From Eledone cirrhosa (taxonomy: Eukaryota), in NCBI GenBank assembly GCA_964016885.1, contig OZ024749.1, positions 32,426,001-32,490,000 on the forward strand: a stretch of DNA of 64,000 bases. Direction: 5' to 3'. A program made the position numbers and the translations under genes. Positions 60,297-64,000 of this stretch are shown one piece after another (position 1 is the first letter of the stretch; each line of letters starts with the position of its first letter). A model generated the notes under the pieces. The model did not search any database, was not told the origin of the DNA, and was given only the letters and a program-made list of their open reading frames with translations.

Positions 60297-61155
60297 ATTA
60301 TAGTGTGTATTGTGAATAAGAAAACCTGTGTGTATCAGTGTTTTACTCTATATATTTTACTGTAGCATGAAAAACAGTCATAGTGTTGATATCTTCTTCT
60401 TCGTCTATTTATTCCTGTCAGAAATAGCAGGTCCTGTCAGAAGCAACCTTCTCCAACTGATCCAGCTGGATCCCCAAGTGAGACCAGCTAAGCTCATAGA
60501 TTTTATCCAGCCATCTTGCTTTGGATCTATCAATCCCTGGGTCTCCTGCCGGTTGGTTTTGCCCGTAAAATCTGTCCAGCGATTCTTTCCTGAAACATTC
60601 TAACCACATGCCCATAGTATCGGAGCTGTGATCTCTCAATTCGTAGAAGTAGCAGCTCTACCTGGAGTGATTCTCTGATCTCTGAGCTATGCACTATCAA
60701 GTAATGTTACTCGAAAGTAGTAGCTCCACCACTAAGTCACTTTTCGTCTGGCTGGTACTTTGCTCTATAACCACAGATCTCATCAGTAGCTGGAAGCAGG
60801 TCATCTTATAGAAACTTCCAATTGTTCTTTGTCAGATAAATCTGTCTCTTCCTCTCTCTTGTTTAATGTATCACGTAGAACTTTTCAAAACCTTCTCCAA
60901 GATGCCTTGCATTCCTGATTCTGTCAGATTTTAATTCTTATTCTAATGTCACTAATAACTAATTTGTGTTGTGGTGCATCCTTCTTAGGGAACTTACTAA
61001 CATTACCAACCCTAATTCTTTATAATCATCTGTCTATCCTATTTTCTAATGAACATGAAGTCAACATGTCCATTGAAGTCATCCACCAGGATGATAAAGT
61101 CACTGTTATCTCTTATTGAAGTTGTGTATAAGAGGTCCTTATAGAAACAAGCTTT

Positions 61156-63999
61156 CTGTTCTCTATGTAGCTCTAATGGTAGTGTATATGTAGCAATAAC
61201 TGTTCTCTATGTAGCTCTAATAGCAGTGTATATGTAGCAATAACTGTTCTCTATGTAGCTCTAATGGTAGTGTATATGTAGCAATAACTGTTCTCTATTT
61301 AGCTCTAATGGTAGTGTATATGTAGCAATAACTGTTCTCTATGTAGCTCTAATAGCAATGTATATGTAGCAATAACTGTTCTCTATGTAGCTCTAATGGT
61401 AGTGTATATGTAGCAATAACTGTTCTCTATTTAGCTCTAATAGTAGTGTATATGTAGCAATAACTGTTCTCTATGTAGCTCTAATGGTAGTGTATATGTA
61501 GCAATAACTGTTCTCTATTTAGCTCTAATAGCAGTGTATATGTGGCAATAACTGTTCTCTATGTAGCTCTAATAGCAGTGTATATGTAGCAATAACTGTT
61601 CTCTATGTAGCTCTAATGGTAGTGTATATGTAGCAATAACTGTTCTCTATTTAGCTCTAATGGTAGTGTATATGTAGCAATAATTGTTCTCTATGTAGCT
61701 CTAATGGTAGTGTATATGTAGCAATAACTGTTCTCTATTTAGCTCTAATAGCAGTGTATATGTAGCAATAACTGTTCTCTATGTAGCTCTAATGGTAGTG
61801 TATATGTAGCCATAACTGTTCTCTATGTAGCTTTAATGGTAGTGTATATGTAGCAATAACTGTTCTCTATGTAGCTCTAATAGCAGTGTATATGTAGCAA
61901 TAACTGTTCTCTATGTAGCTCTAATAGCGGTGTATATGTAGCAATAACTGTTCTCTATGTAGCTCTAATAGCAGTGTATATGTAGCAATAACTGTTCTAT
62001 ATGTAGCTCTAATGGTAGTGTATATGTAGCAATAACTGTTCTCTATGTAGCTCTAATGGTAGTGTATATGTAGCAATAACTGTCCTCTATGTAGCTCTAA
62101 TAGCAGTGTATATGTAGGAATAACTGTTCTCTATGTAGCTCTAATGGTAGTGTATATGTAGCAATAACTGTTCTCTATGTAGCTCTAATGGTAGTGTATA
62201 TGTAGCAATAACTGTTCTCTATGTAGCTCTAATGGTAGTGTATATGTAGCAATAACTGTTCTCTATGTAGCTCTAATGGTAGTGTATATGTAGCAACAAC
62301 TGTTCTCTATGTAGCTCTAATAGCAGTGTATATGTAGCAATAACTGTTCTCTATGTAGCTCTAATGGTAGTGTATATGTAGCAATAACTTTTCTCTATGT
62401 AGCTCCAATAGCAGTGTATATGTAGCAATAACTGTTCTCTATGTAGCTCTAATGGTAGTGTATATGTAGCAATAACTGTTCTCTATGTAGCTCTAATGGT
62501 AGTGTATATGTAGCAATAACTGTTCTCTATGTAGCTCTAATGGTAGTGTATATGTAGCAATAACTGTTCTCTATGTAGCTCTAATAGCAGTGTATATGTA
62601 GCAATAACTGTTCTCTATGTAGCTCTAATAGCAGTGTATATGTAGCAATAACTGTTCTCTATGTAGCTCTAATAGCAGTGTATATGTAGCAATAACTGTT
62701 CTCTATGTAGCTCTAATGCTAGTGTATATGTAGCAATAACTGTTCTCTATGTAGCTCTAATGGTAGTGTATATGTAGCAATAACTGTTCTCTATGTAACT
62801 CTAATGGTAGTGTATATGTAGCAATAACTGTTCTCTATGTAGCTCTAATGGTAGTGTATATGTAGCAATAACTGTTCTCTATGTAGCTCTAATAGCAGTG
62901 TATATGTAGCAATAACTGTTCTCTATGTAGCTCTAATGGTAGTGTATATGTAGCAATAACTGTTCTCTATGTAGCTCTAATGGTAGTGTATATGTAGCAA
63001 TAACTGTTCTCTATGTAGCTCTAATGGTAGTGTATATGTAGCAATAACTGTTCTCTATGTAGCTCTAATAGCAGTGTATATGTAGCAATAACTGTTCTCT
63101 ATGTAGCTCTAATGGTAGTGTATATGTAGCAATAACTGTTCTCTATGTAGCTCTAATGGTAGTGTATATGTAGCAATAACTGTTCTCTATGTAGCTCTAA
63201 TGGTAGTGTATATGTAGCAATAACTGTTCTCTATGTAGCTCTAATGGTAGTGTATATGTAGCAATAACTGTTCTCTATGTAGCTCCAATAGCAGTGTATA
63301 TGTAGCAATAACTGTTCTCTATGTAGCTCTAATGGTAGTGTATATGTAGCAATAACTGTTCTCTATGTAGCTCTAATAGCAGTGTATATGTGGTAATAAC
63401 TGTTCTCTATGTAGCTATAATGGTAGTGTATATGTAGCAATAACTGTTCTCTATGTAGCTCTAATAGCAGTGTATATGTAGCAATAACTGTTCTCTATGT
63501 AGCTCCAATAGCAGTGTATATGTAGCAATAACTGTTCTCTATGTAGCTCCAATAGCAGTGTATATGTAGCAATAACTGTTCTCTATGTAGCTCTAATAGT
63601 AGTGTATATGTAGCAATAACTGTTCTCTATGTAGCTCCAATAGCAGTGTATATGTAGCAATAACTGTTCTCTATGTAGCTCTAATGGTAGTGTATATGTA
63701 GCAATAACTGTTCTCTATGTAGCTCTAATAGCAGTGTATATGTAGCAATAACTGTTCTCTATGTAGCTCTAATAGCAGTGTATATGTAGCAATAACTGTT
63801 CTCTATGTAGTGCTAATGGTAGTGTATATGTGTTAATAACTGTTCTCTATCTAGCTCTAATGGTAGTGTATATGTAGCAATAACTGTTCTCTATGTAGCT
63901 CTAATGGTAGTGTATATGTAGCAATAACTGTTCTCTATGTAGCGCTAATGGTAGTGTATATGTGGTAATAACTGTTCTCTATGTAGCTCTAATGGTGTT
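61156..63999. repeat. 44-bp minisatellite, >60 copies, running to the end of the window
   Basis: Unit CTGTTCTCTATGTAGCTCTAAT(GGT/AGC)AGTGTATATGTAGCAATAA. Confidence 0.95.
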
Positions 64000-64000
64000 G

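Overview
AT-rich, microsatellite-dense animal genomic DNA. The SINE/LINE repertoire suggests an octopus or other cephalopod (inference). The only host gene I can support is LRRC40 on the minus strand: 13 GT-AG coding exons from 59447 to the stop at 39976, with exon 1 outside the window. The rest is mobile DNA and repeats, and two systems stand out. (1) A Tx1/L1-type non-LTR retrotransposon family whose five copies all abut (GATA)n/(ATCT)n tracts in the same orientation. One copy has an intact ~1145-aa APE-RT ORF2, and a diverged sister copy ends in (GTT)n instead. (2) Many short (TA)n-embedded elements carrying type I hammerhead ribozyme motifs. Several have unusually long or branched stem II, and many are arranged as asymmetric foldbacks, the layout expected of Penelope-like element (PLE) termini. 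Two decayed PLE coding remnants are also present, along with RTE and CR1 fragments, several modular tRNA-SINEs, piggyBac-like MITEs, a non-autonomous Helitron and several minisatellites. Most ORFs in the supplied track are microsatellite artefacts. All structures were read by eye; no folding or database search was run.
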